A DNA stretch of 32,000 nucleotides, from assembly GCF_001545095.1 (NCBI RefSeq), contig NZ_CP013213.1:1740001-1772000 (forward strand). The letters run 5' to 3'. This DNA comes from Erysipelothrix larvae. Lineage in GTDB: Bacteria; Bacillota_I; Bacilli_A; Erysipelotrichales; Erysipelotrichaceae. Below the pieces are notes generated by a model. It had not been told where the DNA came from and ran no database searches. It was given only the letters and a program-made list of their open reading frames with translations. Positions 1-9,592 of this stretch are shown in pieces. The position numbers and the translations under genes were made by a program. The first letter of the stretch is position 1. Each line of letters opens with the position of its first letter.

Positions 1-1352
1 CACCATCCAACAAAAGTGGTATCTTAATCTTGGGTATGGTCTTCCTCTCCACAACTGGAGCAGAAGCCCTTTATTCTGATATGGGACATGTTGGACGTAA
101 AAACATATACTTCACATGGCCTTATGTCAAAGTATGTCTTGTCTTGAATTACTTAGGCCAAGCAGCATGGATTTTATCCGCATCAAAAATGCCAGCATAT
201 TATGAGATTGAAGCATTGAATCCATTTTATGAGATGGTACCACACAGCTTAGTCTTTGCGATGGTAATTCTCTCAACAACTGCAGCAATCATTGCATCAC
301 AATCTTTAATTACTGGATCATACACCTTAGTATCTGAAGCCATTAAGCTCAACATGCTACCACGTATGAACATTCAATATCCAACCGACAACAAAGGTCA
401 AGTTTATATCCCTGCGGTAAATACCATGTTATGGATCAGTTGTGTTGCCTGTGTTCTTTACTTTAGAACATCTGCCCACATGGAAGCTGCGTACGGGTTA
501 TCCATCACAGTCACCATGTTAATGACAACCATCTTGCTTTACCAATACATGCGTCTTAAAAACCACAGTGTGCTTGTTTCGGGACTACTTATCGGATTTT
601 TTGGATTGATTGAAACACTCTTCTTTATTTCAAGTCTCTCGAAATTCTTCCACGGTGGATTTGTTGCAGCATTTATGGCTTTAGCAATCTATGCAGTGAT
701 GTACATTTGGACACGTGGAAACCTAGTCATGAAAAAAGCAGCGCGAGCTGTGAAGATACCAGACTATATTGATCAAATTGACCTGTTAAGAAATGATAAG
801 AGTTTACCTTTAGTCAATACAAACCTTGTTTACCTCACATCAAACAGTACAACTGATGAAGTAGACTATAAGATTATGTATTCACTATTAGACCGTAAAC
901 CAAAACGTGCGAAAGTTTATTGGTTTGTGAATATCGAAGTAACGGATAAACCATATGGTGCACAATACCATGTTGATACCTTTGATACTAATTATGTCTT
1001 TAAGGTTCACCTTTACTTAGGATTCAGAATGAAACAACACATCAATGTATACTTACGTGAAATTGTTCAAGAACTCATGGAACAAGGTACAATTGATACA
1101 CAACCTCAAGAATACACGACTGTTAAGGGACGCGAAGTGGGTGACTTTGCCTTTATTCTACTTCGCGATGAATTATCCGTGGAATCGGGTCTCTCTAAGT
1201 TTGAACAATTTATCATGAGTACAAAAATCGCCATTAAACGAAGAACTGTACTTCCTGAGAAGTGGTTTGGCATTCAATACAGTGAAACAACAACAGAGAT
1301 TGTGCCAATTGCGATTCGCAAACCCCAACACATCGAGATTACCCAAGTATAA
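1..1352 (+). CDS. kup: KUP/HAK/KT-family potassium uptake transporter, C-terminal ~450 codons (5' end outside window)
   Basis: The reading frame is open to the window edge (codons in phase with nt 3). It contains the Kup-typical block TGAEALYSDMGHVG, several hydrophobic helices and then a soluble C-terminal domain. TAA stop at 1350-1352, followed by a strong hairpin terminator. Confidence 0.9.
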   Translation, partial: PSNKSGILILGMVFLSTTGAEALYSDMGHVGRKNIYFTWPYVKVCLVLNYLGQAAWILSASKMPAYYEIEALNPFYEMVPHSLVFAMVILSTTAAIIASQSLITGSYTLVSEAIKLNMLPRMNIQYPTDNKGQVYIPAVNTMLWISCVACVLYFRTSAHMEAAYGLSITVTMLMTTILLYQYMRLKNHSVLVSGLLIGFFGLIETLFFISSLSKFFHGGFVAAFMALAIYAVMYIWTRGNLVMKKAARAVKIPDYIDQIDLLRNDKSLPLVNTNLVYLTSNSTTDEVDYKIMYSLLDRKPKRAKVYWFVNIEVTDKPYGAQYHVDTFDTNYVFKVHLYLGFRMKQHINVYLREIVQELMEQGTIDTQPQEYTTVKGREVGDFAFILLRDELSVESGLSKFEQFIMSTKIAIKRRTVLPEKWFGIQYSETTTEIVPIAIRKPQHIEITQV

Positions 1353-1358
1353 CAAAAC

Positions 1359-1397
1359 AAGGTTGAGTCCTCTTAGAGGCTTCAACCTTTTCTTTTG
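1359..1397 (+). terminator. Rho-independent terminator after kup (possibly bidirectional, also downstream of the convergent lipoprotein gene)
   Basis: AAGGTTGAgtCCTCttaGAGGctTCAACCTT forms a long interrupted stem, followed by TTCTTTTG. Confidence 0.75.
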
Positions 1398-1436
1398 TAT
1401 CAAGTCTTATAAATGTATTCAAATTATGATGTCGGA

Positions 1437-1982
1437 TTATCTGAAGCTCATAAAGAACATCACAGTTTCAATCATATTCAGTTGGTTATTTTGAAACTTC
1501 ATATAGCTTACTTGTATCGTATAAACCGTATCCTTGCTGATGTTATTCAAGTCGATTTGAACATGATCACCATCAACCCATTCATAAGGTATTATAAGTT
1601 CTCTTTCACTATCAGAAATGATAATGTGTACAGAAACAGGCAGCTCAAATTGTTTATTCAAGTATAGAGTAACAACACCATCTGATTCTAATACATTAAT
1701 TTTTGTGTCCAACTCTTTCTTTTGATTTATAAAATTTTCCATAAGTGTTGAGTCAACTTTTTCAGCAGTGATTGTGTTAGTGACTAAACTCGAATTATCA
1801 ATCATTTTATGTGAGATGATTGGGTACAAATCATTTTGATACATCATATAGATGCCTTGATTGGCTTGTAGGGTTATAGTGTTCTCTTCCTGTTTGGTAC
1901 TGGTACATCCTGTAAACATGCCGAGCAACACTAATGCTAGCACTAAAATACGCGCTTTGGACACAATATTATGTTTCTTCAT
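1437..1982 (-). CDS. Small secreted lipoprotein, function unknown
   Basis: N-terminus MKKHNIVSKARILVLALVLLGMFTGCTS carries a signal peptide plus a lipobox (L-x-x-C). The ATG at 1982 is preferred over the ORF-track start at 2000 because AAGGAGA lies 6 nt upstream of it. No recognisable family. Confidence 0.55.
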   Translation of the reverse strand: MKKHNIVSKARILVLALVLLGMFTGCTSTKQEENTITLQANQGIYMMYQNDLYPIISHKMIDNSSLVTNTITAEKVDSTLMENFINQKKELDTKINVLESDGVVTLYLNKQFELPVSVHIIISDSERELIIPYEWVDGDHVQIDLNNISKDTVYTIQVSYMKFQNNQLNMIETVMFFMSFR

Positions 1983-2362
1983 GAATTCTCTCCTTTTCAT
2001 TAATTTATTTGTACAGGAAACACCAAAGTAAATACAAGGGTAGCCTTTATGAAAAATAAATCTATGTAGATAATCCTGTGTTTTTAGTTATGATTTTAGG
2101 ATGACTTATACGTGCAATGTTCTTATAAACTGTCTTTCACGAGTTATCGTGAGTGTTTTCACCACTCCTACCTTTGTCTCCTTCGATACAGTTCCATATT
2201 TGCCTAATATGTCCTCTACTTGATTTTACTTTATTATGGTTGGAACTTGCACACAATTCCCTCTACTTTTATTTCTGAAATGCTTCTACTTTTTTTAAAT
2301 ATTGGATTTAGGTTAATGGGATATTTTATCCAAGAAGCAACCGATTGCTTGTTATAAAACAA

Positions 2363-2397
2363 TACCTACACGATCCAAAATGAGGAAAGTGTAGGTA
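2363..2397 (-). terminator. Putative intrinsic terminator downstream of the LPXTG surface protein gene
   Basis: 9-bp stem TACCTACAC / GTGTAGGTA (2363-2371, 2389-2397). On the minus strand it is followed by a T-rich tract (TTGTTTTAT). The loop is rather long (17 nt). Confidence 0.45.
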
Positions 2398-2416
2398 CTG
2401 TATTAAACTCGATCGA

Positions 2417-4798
2417 CTATTTATTTATTTTTACAAACTTGCGTGAGTATGTTACTAAAGCCAGTCCTACAAGAGAAATTAATGCGTATGATAGGAACAT
2501 ACCAGAACTCAACCCTGTTTCTGGAAGTTTGGATCCCTCTTCACCTGGTTTCTCTGTGTCTGTTCCGCCTGGTTTCTCAGTATCTGCTCCACCTGGTTTC
2601 TCTGTATCTGTTCCGCCTGGTTTCTCTGTGTCTGTTCCACCTGGTTTCTCTGTGTCTGTTCCACCTGGTTTCTCTGTGTCTGTTCCACCTGGTTTCTCTG
2701 TGTCTGTTCCACCTGGTTTCTCTTTATCCGTTTCGCCTGGTTTCTCAGTATCTGGTTCTTCAGGAGTCTCAACATCCTTATTTTCTACGACAACTTTAAT
2801 TGTTGTTTCGTAGCTTTCGTTTGACAATCTAGCAATTTGATTTTGAACGTTATTTCGCTCAACTACAACTTTTACGTCGTATGCACCACTTACTAAATGG
2901 TCCACTACTTCATCAAAGTTTGTTGTTACAGTAATATCATAATTGCTTTCAATATTAAGTCGTTCAATAAATTGTTGTTCAGTTAGTTTTTCACCATATT
3001 TGACCGTGATTTCTTTAACTGGGAACGTAACACTGAAATCACTATCTTCAGTTAAAGTTACCGGCTTAGTTTCCACATATGCACGATCCAATACAGTAAC
3101 TGCATAGTTTTTACTCAAGTCTTGAGTTGATAAAGTGTATTCGTAATCCCCTTTACCTTCAAAATAAACTCTATCAACAATATTGTTTGGATTTGCTACT
3201 AATTCTTCAACACCTGTTTCATTCCCTGCATATACAACATAGAATCGAGCATTTGTATTGTTTGAATCAATCCATTTTAGTGTTGACCCTTCAAGCACAA
3301 CAGAATCAACTGGCTTAGTATCATTATGCGATAATTTTTGATGTGATGGCGTCAATGAAGCAATTTTGAATGTATCACTCTTAAGAATTTCAATTGCTTT
3401 ATTATTTGCTTCTTTTTGAGGGCTTGTTGTGTTTTCATCTACTAAAATATCATTGTAGCTATACATAATCGACCCTTTAATATTTTTGTAGTTTTGGTTA
3501 AACTTCACTTGATTGTTAAGCTCTTCAGGGTTCATCCAATCAGCATCCCAACCCCCGTTAGATGTATGTTTGTAAGCAGCGTGACCAACATAAATATTGA
3601 CATTTGTTCCTTCTGCCACTGAATCCCACCAACGTGCTATTTCTCCATATGGAGCTGCTGCCGCTGCAAATGCCCAATATATTTGTGGTGCAACATAATC
3701 AAGCTTTTCATCCTTAATCCACTGATAGGTATCAGCATAGATTTGTTCTGAATAAGACTTACTCGAACCAGTTGGAGTATTTGAACCACGATCATCAATT
3801 GCTTTGTGTTCCCATATACCAAATGGGCTGATGCCAAATTGAATGGCCGTTTTATTTGTTTCGTTATGGTTATCAATGGCTTCCTTAACGGAATCAATTA
3901 AAAACGTAACATTATCTCTTCTCCAGCTATCAATATCTGTATAGCCTTCTCCATACTTATCATAAGTTGTAGCGTCTTCTCCATTTTTACCAAAATAGTC
4001 ATCCCCGACTCTATATGGATAGAAGTAATCGTCAAAGTGAATTGCATCCGTATCATATTTTTCCATGAATTCAACAACAGTATCAACAACATGTTGTACA
4101 ACTTCAGGTTCACCAGGATTTAAGAATAATTTACCTTTGAATTCTAAGACATACTCTGGATTTAATACCGCAAAATTATCATCTGCCAATAGACCAATTT
4201 CATTTAAGTATAGTGCTTTTTCTCCCGGAGTATAGTCACTTGAATTTTTTCCTGTAACAACTGCGAAATCACTATTTGTAACGCGGTATGGATTGAACCA
4301 AGCATGGAATTCCATTCCATTACGATGCGTTTCCTCTATCATCCAATACATTGGGTCATAAGATGCTTCAACACCTTGTTTCCCTGTGAAATACTCTGAT
4401 GATGGATTAATATCCGATTGGTAAAAAGCTGCATCTAATGTTGGTCTAACTTGAAATATTAGCGCATTTAAGTTCATTTCTTTTGCAGTTTCAATACGTT
4501 CTTTGTATAACTCTTGAATATCTTCTTTATCAGAGCTGTCTGGTTTAAAATGCAAATTAAAGATCGTCGCGATCCATGTTGACTTAAATTGCTCCTTTTC
4601 TTGAGTGTAGACATTTGGAATACTAATTCTTTCATTTGACCCTGAATAAAACATTACAGGAACATTAGTATCATAACCATATGTTCCATCGCTGTATTTA
4701 ACATATCGATACAAGTCTGTTGAATCCTCTGCTTTTATATGACCTGTTTGGCTTAAAACAATTCCTAGCCCACATAGCAAAGCCATTAATTTCTTCAT
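2417..4798 (-). CDS. Cell-wall-anchored (LPXTG) glycosyl-hydrolase-like family 10 (GHL10/DUF187, YngK-like) surface protein
   Basis: Signal peptide MKKLMALLCGLGIVLSQTGHIKA. The GHL10-like core includes FKSTWIATIFNLHF...MNLNALIFQVRPTLDAAFYQS...HAWFNPYR. The C-terminus has PGGTDTEK repeats, LPETG (nt 2513-2527), a hydrophobic helix and a basic tail SRKFVKINK. The ATG at 4798 is preferred (GAGGAGG 4 nt upstream) over the ORF-track start at 4816. Confidence 0.85.
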   Translation of the reverse strand: MKKLMALLCGLGIVLSQTGHIKAEDSTDLYRYVKYSDGTYGYDTNVPVMFYSGSNERISIPNVYTQEKEQFKSTWIATIFNLHFKPDSSDKEDIQELYKERIETAKEMNLNALIFQVRPTLDAAFYQSDINPSSEYFTGKQGVEASYDPMYWMIEETHRNGMEFHAWFNPYRVTNSDFAVVTGKNSSDYTPGEKALYLNEIGLLADDNFAVLNPEYVLEFKGKLFLNPGEPEVVQHVVDTVVEFMEKYDTDAIHFDDYFYPYRVGDDYFGKNGEDATTYDKYGEGYTDIDSWRRDNVTFLIDSVKEAIDNHNETNKTAIQFGISPFGIWEHKAIDDRGSNTPTGSSKSYSEQIYADTYQWIKDEKLDYVAPQIYWAFAAAAAPYGEIARWWDSVAEGTNVNIYVGHAAYKHTSNGGWDADWMNPEELNNQVKFNQNYKNIKGSIMYSYNDILVDENTTSPQKEANNKAIEILKSDTFKIASLTPSHQKLSHNDTKPVDSVVLEGSTLKWIDSNNTNARFYVVYAGNETGVEELVANPNNIVDRVYFEGKGDYEYTLSTQDLSKNYAVTVLDRAYVETKPVTLTEDSDFSVTFPVKEITVKYGEKLTEQQFIERLNIESNYDITVTTNFDEVVDHLVSGAYDVKVVVERNNVQNQIARLSNESYETTIKVVVENKDVETPEEPDTEKPGETDKEKPGGTDTEKPGGTDTEKPGGTDTEKPGGTDTEKPGGTDTEKPGGADTEKPGGTDTEKPGEEGSKLPETGLSSGMFLSYALISLVGLALVTYSRKFVKINK
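2541..2760. repeat. Nine head-to-tail 24-bp tandem repeats inside the surface protein gene (encode the 8-aa unit PGGTDTEK)
   Basis: CCTGGTTTCTC recurs at 2544, 2568, 2592, 2616, 2640, 2664, 2688, 2712 and 2736 (exact 24-nt period). The central copies are identical and the edge copies are diverged. Confidence 0.95.
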
Positions 4799-5628
4799 AT
4801 ACCCTCCTCTTAGCATATCTCTATATGTAAAATGAAATGCGAGCCTAATTATTGTCTGTACAAATATTACTGAAAATACCTATAGTTTTACAAACTAAGC
4901 AAAAGATATATCTACGCTAATTCTAACCAAATCTTGTAAGTAGCAAATTCATAAAATATAAACTCATAAATTATTAAACCGTTTTTAGAGTGTATGCTTC
5001 GTGTAATTGAAAACTCATCTCTTGATAACAATCTGAAATTATACTAGCTTACTTTTATCAATCTTGAATTTATAACAAAGGATAAATTCAAAGCAAACAA
5101 TGCGATTACACCGATTCTGATGATTAGGATTACCGATTAGACTATCAGTAGTCATTAAATTCTCCATTCAAATTAAATTGCGAGAATTATAAAACAAATT
5201 GTACTCAATAATTATCCAGTTTGAAAATTCAACCTTGACTCTTCCCAACGATTTTTACCCTCCATCACAACATAAGCTAAGACTGCCCCACCAATCTTCA
5301 AAATAGTAACAACTCACTTATCAAAGACCAATTGCAGATAAATAATTGATTAAATCAGTAAAGATGTGTTCTGCAATCGTTTACATAAAGAATATACCAT
5401 GACTGAAATAATGTGTCAATATGATTTATTAATATATGAAACTATATTTCTTTATGTTGATTTTAAAATTCTTTATCAAAATTTATCTAAGATTAATCAA
5501 ACCCTATTAAGCATGATTTCTTGGATTGATGTCATCAATGATTGACCCTTGATTAATGTCTATTGATGATCGTTTTGACTTATAATCTCGACTTTACAAA
5601 TCACGCCGGATGACTCACATCTTCATAA

Positions 5629-5666
5629 ATAAAAAACTTCTCACACAGTAGATGTAATGAGAAGTT
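5629..5666 (-). terminator. Rho-independent terminator ending the EIIC / small membrane protein transcription unit
   Basis: 9-bp stem AACTTCTCA / TGAGAAGTT (5635-5643, 5658-5666). The A-run on the plus strand gives a U-run after the stem on the minus strand. Confidence 0.7.
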
Positions 5667-5798
5667 AAACTTAAGTCATGAAAAAGTTAAGTGCTATTTG
5701 AAGATACTTTTATACTTGAACAATTGATACTTTTGCATACTCAAAATGACTGAAGAATCAAGATGAGACATACAAAGATCATTGGATAGAGAACGATG

Positions 5799-6098
5799 TT
5801 AAATGAATACACCTTCAAAAACCCACACATAAGTTATTAATGCAGTGAGTGCAAACAGTAATATAAAGATCGTCCAAAATGATAGGTCCATTTTCTTACC
5901 TTTTTGCATTACCAACGTTGTATAGGGAACGATGAATGCAAACGGTATTGCAGTTACAATCACTTTTAACCAGTTGTACCCAATACCCATAGCATCCAGT
6001 AATAATGGAATCACTAAAGATCCAATCAAAGATACGCCCAGCACAATGAATGCTGTTTTGATTGTAAAATAGGGTAGTTTTTCGTTTTGTCTTAACAT
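5799..6098 (-). CDS. Small integral membrane protein (about 3 TM helices), unknown function, co-directional with the upstream EIIC
   Basis: 99-aa ORF with three clear hydrophobic segments, 70 nt downstream of the EIIC gene and upstream of a terminator. No family recognised. Confidence 0.5.
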   Translation of the reverse strand: MLRQNEKLPYFTIKTAFIVLGVSLIGSLVIPLLLDAMGIGYNWLKVIVTAIPFAFIVPYTTLVMQKGKKMDLSFWTIFILLFALTALITYVWVFEGVFI

Positions 6099-6167
6099 AT
6101 TGTTTCCTCCAAATAGATTGAGGCTTGCTAAATAGCAAGCCGTTTACTAACTTTTTTAATACCTAAA

Positions 6168-7454
6168 TTATTCGCCAGTTTCTTGTTTTACTAGACTGCG
6201 GTCATACATCTTAAAGAATGGGAAGTAAATCATTACTGATAGAACAATCAGAACGATGTTGAGTACAGCAGTTCTCCAATCTCCAGCTGATGCCAAGTAT
6301 ACACCGATAGGTCCAGGAAGTGTCCAAGGTGATATAATTGTTAAACGATCCACTAAGCGCATCGATGTCGCGACCCATGCAATCGTAGCATTGATCATCG
6401 GTGCTAAAATAAACGGAATAATAAGTGTTGGGTTTAATACAATTGGTGTACCAAAAATCAATGGTTCATTGATGTTGAATAATGCTGGTACAAATGCAGT
6501 TTTACCAAGTGATTTAGCATACGATGATTTCGCAAAGAATGCCATACAAATTGCGAGACCGATTGTAGCTCCTGAACCACCAATCCAGATAAACCATTGG
6601 AAGAATGGTTCAACAGCGATTGCTGGAAGTGCAGTACCTGCAGTACCTGCAGCTGCAGCAGCAACGTTTTTGTCAAGTAACACGTTCCAAATTGGACGCG
6701 CCGCAGAACCAACAACTGAAACACCATGAATACCAAATGCCCAGAAGAATGTAATTAAGAATACTTGTAGCAATACGCTTGGAAGTGAATCTGAAGCTTT
6801 AATTAATGGTGCTACTAGATTTCCAATAAATGCATGCCAGTTAAATCCAAGATAATAAGTAACAGTTCCCATCAGTACAACGATTACTGCAGCAGGTGTT
6901 AATGCTTCAAATGATCGTGCAACAGAAGGTGGCACTTCTTTAGGCATTGTAATCTTGAAATTTGAATTAAGAATGAGTCGTGCTATTTCAACAGCTAAGA
7001 TTGCTGTAACAATACCCACAAACATTCCGCCTCCACCAAGGTTCGCAACAGGAAGAACAAATCCAGAAACCCCTGCTTCTAGATCAGCAGCTACATTAAT
7101 TGGTGTAAATGTTAACAAGAATGCAGCTTCAGCTAAGATACCGCCAGTTAATGCATCCATTTCATAGGATTGAGCTAAACTATATCCAATACCAAATACT
7201 GAGTACAATGTCATTAACGCCATTGTCATACGGTAAGGAAGCACGATTTGTGCTGCATTATCCTTTAGAAATTGTGTGATACCCCATGATAATGGTAACG
7301 GTGGGTTGGCAACAATCATGAAGAAAGAACCAACAATAATTAATGGTAATGTCGCAACAATACCATCACGTACTGCACGCAAGTGTTTTTGTGCAGCTAA
7401 TTTATTCATAGGACCCGCAAGATGTTGATCCATGAATTGTATTAAGAAATCCAT
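6168..7454 (-). CDS. PTS lactose/cellobiose(chitobiose)-family EIIC permease (copy 1; no EIIB or EIIA in the same transcription unit)
   Basis: 428 aa and polytopic. The N-terminus (LAAQKHLRAVRDGIVATLPLIIVGSFF) and the NINEPLIFGTPIVLNP block are typical of CelB/ChbC-type EIIC. Confidence 0.9.
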   Translation of the reverse strand: MDFLIQFMDQHLAGPMNKLAAQKHLRAVRDGIVATLPLIIVGSFFMIVANPPLPLSWGITQFLKDNAAQIVLPYRMTMALMTLYSVFGIGYSLAQSYEMDALTGGILAEAAFLLTFTPINVAADLEAGVSGFVLPVANLGGGGMFVGIVTAILAVEIARLILNSNFKITMPKEVPPSVARSFEALTPAAVIVVLMGTVTYYLGFNWHAFIGNLVAPLIKASDSLPSVLLQVFLITFFWAFGIHGVSVVGSAARPIWNVLLDKNVAAAAAGTAGTALPAIAVEPFFQWFIWIGGSGATIGLAICMAFFAKSSYAKSLGKTAFVPALFNINEPLIFGTPIVLNPTLIIPFILAPMINATIAWVATSMRLVDRLTIISPWTLPGPIGVYLASAGDWRTAVLNIVLIVLSVMIYFPFFKMYDRSLVKQETGE

Positions 7455-7486
7455 AAGTATATCCCCTTTTCTGTCTTAACACCGTA

Positions 7487-7515
7487 AATATACCACATTA
7501 TTATTTTATAGTCAA
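7487..7515 (-). promoter_or_regulatory. Sigma-A-type promoter for EIIC copy 1
   Basis: On the minus strand this reads TTGACT - 17 nt - TATATT, with a TG at the extended -10 position (TGgTATATT). It lies about 35 nt upstream of the start codon at 7454. Confidence 0.5.
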
Positions 7516-7928
7516 AATATTATTTCATATTTTTAACAAAATTTATGATTAAATGTTTCGGAATAAATAATTACCTAAACCAAGAAAAAAAACGCTTACA
7601 TTTCTGCGTTTTCTCTTGACATTTAAGGGGTTTCACAGTTCTTTTTTTTTCTCCAATCATCAACTATACTAATGATTGCATTACATCCATGAGTTTTGAT
7701 GGTCTAACAGCTTCATAAGTTATCAATCATTTTTAATAACCTGTTTTCTTTTAAATTCACATGTTATGAATATTCTATTATGAAACACCTGTTATCTTCC
7801 ACTTTTTATACATCCAAACGGATTTTCAAGGTATTTTTGTGATGTTGCTATAGATGTTTGAGAACCTTGATCATAATGAAATTATTCGATTAAATTGAAT
7901 TATGATTTAATAAATAGCAAGCGAATAA

Positions 7929-7950
7929 CGATGGCCTCTCAGGACCATCG
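7929..7950 (-). terminator. Possible terminator hairpin downstream of the M81 peptidase gene
   Basis: CGATGGCC..GGACCATCG imperfect stem (one mismatch, one G-U pair) about 60 nt after the stop at 8012. The trailing T-tract on the minus strand is weak. Confidence 0.3.
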
Positions 7951-8011
7951 CTACACATTTTCATATAGAGAAGCATACAACTTCCATAGAATTTTTGTAT
8001 AAAATTGTATC

Positions 8012-9475
8012 TTATTTAATGTAAATAAGTTCTTCTACATCATCCATTGGCCACATTGGTCTGTGGATGCGTTTGAATGGAATACGTTCTGAACGTTGGA
8101 TTGTTGGTCCATCAGTCAATGCCATCACATGATATGCGGTTTCTGGAATCAAATCTGTATCTAGATATCCCATCTTGACCACAACGATCTCATAATCATG
8201 AAATTCCAACCCTGCTTTATGGAATTGAGACATTTGCCCATATTGAATGTTTCGATTCATGATAAGCACATCCAAATTTGTCCCTTCAACATTAACCGTA
8301 TAGGTTGGTCCTACGACGTGTTTACCATTACCACCATACATACCTTCACCAATTTTCACAAGAGTTCCTTTGATGGATACGGGTTGTGATTCAGGGGTTT
8401 CCCCATTCCCAAGATCAAAGGATACGGGTTGTCCTTCAAGGGTGCCTTCAAGTGCACTGTGTACAGCTTTATCATGAATTCCAGCTACTAACACATGTTT
8501 ATCTTTAAGATCTGCCTTCAACAACTCTCTTAAAACAACCGTATTATGTCCAGCACCCCCTGCGCCACAATTATCCCCTGAGTCGGTAATCACTGCGGTC
8601 TTGCCATCAAAATTAATGGCCATTTGAACGGATGCATCGGGTTCATCATAGTTTCCTGAGAATTTAAACTCATGACGGTGGTCCCATGCATATTGAGAGA
8701 CTTGTTGGGCAACAAAGTCGCAATATTCATGGTCTTTTTCTGTGTTTGGTACTACAATGACCGCTGCCCCCAACTTGTCATCATCATGACGAATGTAACC
8801 GACGTTATAACAGATTGAGAAAACACGTGAGTCTTCTTCAAATTGATCCATCAGTTGATTGATACTACGCATTGGCTCTTTGGCAGATACACTGCGTTCG
8901 CCTCCGACCATGATGGGTAGTTTTTTTATGATTGGTGTCATTGGGCGGCGGTTTTTCATTAAGTCAACCAATTTTTCAGCTACAAGTTTCTTAGTCTCTA
9001 TATGATCAATATGTGGGGATTCACGGTAACAGCGAACAATGTTGGTATACTTTGTAAAGTCCTCACTGAGGTTTCCGTGGGGATCCATAGATACCGCAAT
9101 CGGTAGGTATTTCCCGACTGCATTTCGAATCCGTTTGATAATATAATGTTCACCGGATATTTCTTCAAGTCCTACAACACCACTGGCACCATGTAGATGT
9201 AAGTAAATGCCATCAAAGGTTCCCATGTGAGTGTTGATATCGTTGATGATGCGGTCTGCAATCTCAACATAAGCTTCCTTTTTTACCATGCCATTTGGGG
9301 GTAAGCTTGCGAATTGGGATGGGATAATCTCAATCCCTGCTTCTTCAAATACTTCTCTTACATATAGAGCGTCTATGCATTCATCCCCTCTCAACAATAA
9401 AAATTCATCCAAGCCTACAGTATGTGATATATGTTCATTACATTCTGCGGATACGTGTGCTACTAATACTTTCAT
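8012..9475 (-). CDS. M81-family (MlrC-like, DUF1485 + MlrC_C) metallopeptidase
   Basis: N-terminus MKVLVAHVSAECNEH, plus YLHLHGASGV, SMDPHGNLS and ITDSGDNCGAGGAGHNT blocks, match my recollection of MlrC/microcystinase-C-like proteins. The ATG at 9475 is preferred (AAAGGAGGA 5 nt upstream) over the ORF-track start at 9511. Confidence 0.75.
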   Translation of the reverse strand: MKVLVAHVSAECNEHISHTVGLDEFLLLRGDECIDALYVREVFEEAGIEIIPSQFASLPPNGMVKKEAYVEIADRIINDINTHMGTFDGIYLHLHGASGVVGLEEISGEHYIIKRIRNAVGKYLPIAVSMDPHGNLSEDFTKYTNIVRCYRESPHIDHIETKKLVAEKLVDLMKNRRPMTPIIKKLPIMVGGERSVSAKEPMRSINQLMDQFEEDSRVFSICYNVGYIRHDDDKLGAAVIVVPNTEKDHEYCDFVAQQVSQYAWDHRHEFKFSGNYDEPDASVQMAINFDGKTAVITDSGDNCGAGGAGHNTVVLRELLKADLKDKHVLVAGIHDKAVHSALEGTLEGQPVSFDLGNGETPESQPVSIKGTLVKIGEGMYGGNGKHVVGPTYTVNVEGTNLDVLIMNRNIQYGQMSQFHKAGLEFHDYEIVVVKMGYLDTDLIPETAYHVMALTDGPTIQRSERIPFKRIHRPMWPMDDVEELIYIK

Positions 9476-9572
9476 TGTTTTCCTCCTTTTAATTCCATTA
9501 AGAATTGACACCTAAATTATAAAGAAAATACCCCTGTTTATTCAGTATTTAAAACCCTAAATGAAATTACAG

Positions 9573-9581
9573 TTAGGAAAT
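9573..9581. promoter_or_regulatory. Copy of the recurrent TTAGGAAAT motif (reads ATTTCCTAA in gene orientation) between cutC and the M81 peptidase gene
   Basis: Exact 9-mer. A TATAAT (minus strand, 9516-9521) lies between it and the M81 start, so an internal promoter is possible. Confidence 0.35.
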
Positions 9582-9592
9582 ATGGGTGTTTT

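Noticed and set aside
1173-1667. Short ORFs 1173-1403 (-), 1267-1494 (+) and 1413-1667 (+) around the kup 3' end.
   Set aside because: They overlap kup, its terminator hairpin or the convergent lipoprotein gene. They have no SD and no recognisable sequence.
2541-2760. Regular short repeats that could superficially resemble a CRISPR array.
   Set aside because: The repeats are contiguous with no spacers, the period is 24 bp and in-frame within a CDS, and no cas genes are present.
2439-2813. Three overlapping ORFs (2439-2813 +, 2443-2799 +, 2509-2775 -) with repetitive translations.
   Set aside because: They lie entirely within the 24-bp tandem repeat of the LPXTG protein gene. Periodic sequence keeps all frames open. 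Only the frame giving PGGTDTEK continues into a real domain and the LPETG signal.
6256-7167. Antisense ORFs inside EIIC copy 1 (6256-6729 +, 6458-6736 -, 6955-7167 +). Similar antisense ORFs occur inside the other EIIC genes (18340-18603, 28385-29143, 30677-31789).
   Set aside because: They overlap strongly supported permease genes on the opposite strand or in another frame, have Ala/Pro/Ile-rich low-complexity translations, and lack SD sequences.
7586-7600. cre-like half site (minus strand TGTAAGCGTTTTTT) upstream of the EIIC copy 1 promoter.
   Set aside because: It matches only the left half and centre of the TGWAANCGNTNWCA consensus (the last two positions fail). It also overlaps a weak A-run/stem/T-run element, so it is not a supportable CcpA site.
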